DNA of 63,958 nucleotides, the filler included, from Octopus bimaculoides (taxonomy: Eukaryota): the NCBI RefSeq assembly GCF_001194135.2. It is 9 parts of 6 records of this genome, joined end to end, with 100 filler letters (N's around TTAATTAATTAA, not from the genome) between each part and the next. Parts side by side here need not be neighbours in the genome. Positions count along the whole stretch, not along the records: positions 60,504 to 63,958 come from NC_068996.1; 8 more parts are not named here. One strand, 5' to 3'. The stretch's first letter is position 1; the number at the start of each line of letters is the position of its first letter. The position numbers were made by a program, and so were the translations under genes. Of the stretch, positions 61,581-63,958 are shown piece by piece. The notes under the pieces were generated by a model. That model had not been told where the DNA came from. It was given only the letters and a program-made list of their open reading frames with translations, and searched no databases.

Positions 61581-63034
61581 CATGGTATTGCGCAATGTGA
61601 CAGAACAACACATATTTGTATGCATGTGTGTATTATATAGTGATTGGTAGTTTCATTACTGTTCTTCTATACCGTAAGGTTCCTCAATAGAAATGTAAAA
61701 CGATTCCATGAAGAATAAAGGTAACATGACATATGTACTCTTACGTGAAAGACTCATTGAATTTCATTTTTACTTTATTTCCTGTAAACTTTACAACATT
61801 ATATTGTATCTGTCTCAGGAATACAGTCGTACATCTATCAACGTCTGGTGAATATTTACTTATGCTTTTCCACGAGTATTGTTTACAAATCTACATTTCT
61901 ATGTGTGTGTCCGTCAAGTGAGAATTGAGAAAGAGTTCAGATTTATAGATTTGCACGCATTTCTATTATACTTACCTTATTTATGTTTTCATTTATTTAA
62001 TTCATTTATTTATTTCATTCATTTGTTTATAGTTTGCTTCACTGTATAAAGAGACAGTTGCTATTTTCTCGCAAGCTGAAATTCATAGCAGCCATTTTGT
62101 TTTGAATTTATTATATTAACTGGGTACGGAGCATTTATGACTTTTTGTTTTTAATTTTACATATTTGTAGGATTATATTATAATACAGGGATTAGAAGAG
62201 ATTAACTTTCAATACATTAAATCTCTTTCACTTCCTGCGATTATCATAGAATGTTTTCTTTAAGAAAATAAATTGTAAATACTATTACTCGATTTGATTT
62301 TAAATTGTCTCCGTTTTCTTTCTTATTTTTATTTATTACATTTATCAATTTTATGTTTTCATTTCATTTTACTTTTCGCTATTGATTAATTCGTATTATT
62401 GAAGATCAAAGTCGTGAAAAACAGAAATTGTAAGATTTTTTGCGATATGTTTTTCTTGCTATTCAGTTGATGAAACAAACGGAATGAAGGATTGCTGAGT
62501 GAATCCTGGATTTAACTCTTAATAAGTACAAATAATTTTGTTTTACTTTGTTATGTTTTACTATGTCGAAAACAGAATCGTTAAATAACTTTTGTAAAGC
62601 GTTACGATTAAATATAGAAATAAATAAAAATGAAATTCATTAAAAAAAAATGACATAACTATATCTTCAGTGATTTTTTTCCTTTTAATAAGAATTTCTC
62701 AAATATGACAAAGAAATATTTTCTTTATCTTTCTGAAGCAGATTTGACGAAACCTTACATTAAGGGGAAAAAGAAAACTGTTATAACTCTTCAAAGTAAG
62801 TGCCCAGGCACAACAAACAAAGTTGAAAGAACTACAAAAGAAAAAAAGAAAAGTAAAGATTAACAAAAGCAGAAATGATAAAGGAAATCAACATAAATGC
62901 AAATTGATAACTAGAAGACAAAGTTACAAACAGGGAGAAATATACTCGTTATTTATTTATTTATTTATTGAGCTGATACTGATAAGTCATAACTCTGTGA
63001 TAAGAGTGAAATAACCAGGTATGCATGCTTACAC

Positions 63035-63165
63035 GACGGGCTTCTTCCATTTTCCCTCTACCGAATCCACTTACAAAACTTTGGTCGGCCCGAAGCTATA
63101 GAAGACACTTACCCAAGATTGTGATGCAAGCTTCTTACCAAATAGCCAGGCCAGCGCCTATATGT
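63035..63165 (-). mobile_element. SINE family B, 5' part
   Basis: gacgggcttcttcc...aatccacttacaaaactttggtcggcccgaagctatagaagacactt. Confidence 0.8.
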
Positions 63166-63215
63166 GTATCTACATACCTATATAGTTATATTCACACACG
63201 CGCATATATGTATTT

Positions 63216-63325
<110 letters not shown>

Positions 63326-63329
63326 GACT

Positions 63330-63636
63330 AACGGGCTAAGACTATCTCTCAGCATGCATTCAAGTATCTGAAATGACGTTGACCGGTTTCTGGACTGGTA
63401 TTATAGCTTCACCTTCTCAGCACGCGTTACCATGATGGAAATCCCCAACAAGTCATGTTGAAGTCAATGATTCAGCGTAAAATGAATCAGTTGCAACATA
63501 GATTTCAACGTGATGGGTTGGGGCTTTCCATCATGGTAACGAGTGTTGAGAAGGTAAGGCTATAATGCCAGTCCAGAAACTATTCCACGGGAGTCCAAAT
63601 ACTTGAATGTATGTTGAGAGATTGTCTTAGCCCGTT
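63330..63636. repeat. ~300-bp imperfect fold-back (hairpin) element
   Basis: 63330-63367 pairs with 63599-63636 (35/38), 63387-63441 with 63525-63579 (50/55), 63443-63465 with 63501-63523; inner 7-bp hairpin tgattca/tgaatca. Confidence 0.95.
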
Positions 63637-63897
63637 TGCCGGCAGACGGTTGATTTCGGTAGTTATTATCAGTATATTTTGGCAATTTAAATAAGAGTTT
63701 TAACTGTTATTTCCAATAGGTAGACATACTTACTATGTCCTTTGATAAATTTTAATTCTTCAGCTATTTAATGCTTTTTGGGGCCTGCAATAACCTATAT
63801 TATTGATTCTGTTATTAGCATTTTTAATTGTTACACTAGATAATAACAAAGTCAATAACATCTTCGCAAATATTATCTCCTGAATTATTCGCTCCGT

Positions 63898-63902
<5 letters not shown>

Positions 63903-63958
<56 letters not shown>
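63903..63958. repeat. (TA)n microsatellite to window end
   Basis: Direct reading. Confidence 0.95.

Overview
Eukaryotic nuclear DNA, most likely an octopus (inferred from the SINE repertoire and dense (TA)n/(CA)n/(TATC)n tracts; not database-checked). About 8 kb (~13%) is N. Eight identical 100-nt spacers (44N-TTAATTAATTAA-44N) are artificial joins, so the window is nine pieces of unverified adjacency. Readable sequence is dominated by: at least five tRNA-derived SINE families (my labels A-E); decayed non-LTR elements (CR1-type, RTE, R4/Dong-like, CRE/HERO-like, Penelope-like); Tc1/mariner remnants; a TA-flanked MITE; an internally deleted Helitron with both termini; fold-back repeats; and microsatellites. 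There is no complete gene, rRNA, genuine tRNA or CRISPR array. The best host-gene evidence is one minus-strand first coding exon (57798-57905) encoding a mitochondrial-type presequence, plus a few weaker candidate exons. I cannot support a new multi-gene system. The best leads are RNA-structural: (1) a SINE/LINE shared 3' tail whose stem-loop shows compensatory changes; (2) a variant minimal hammerhead-like motif in two copies of a Penelope-like terminal repeat; (3) a ~300-nt hairpin whose arm mismatches are biased to G-U on one strand; (4) an RTE-SINE chimera joined at a microhomology. All alignments and protein resemblances were made by eye or from memory, and many repeat boundaries are approximate.
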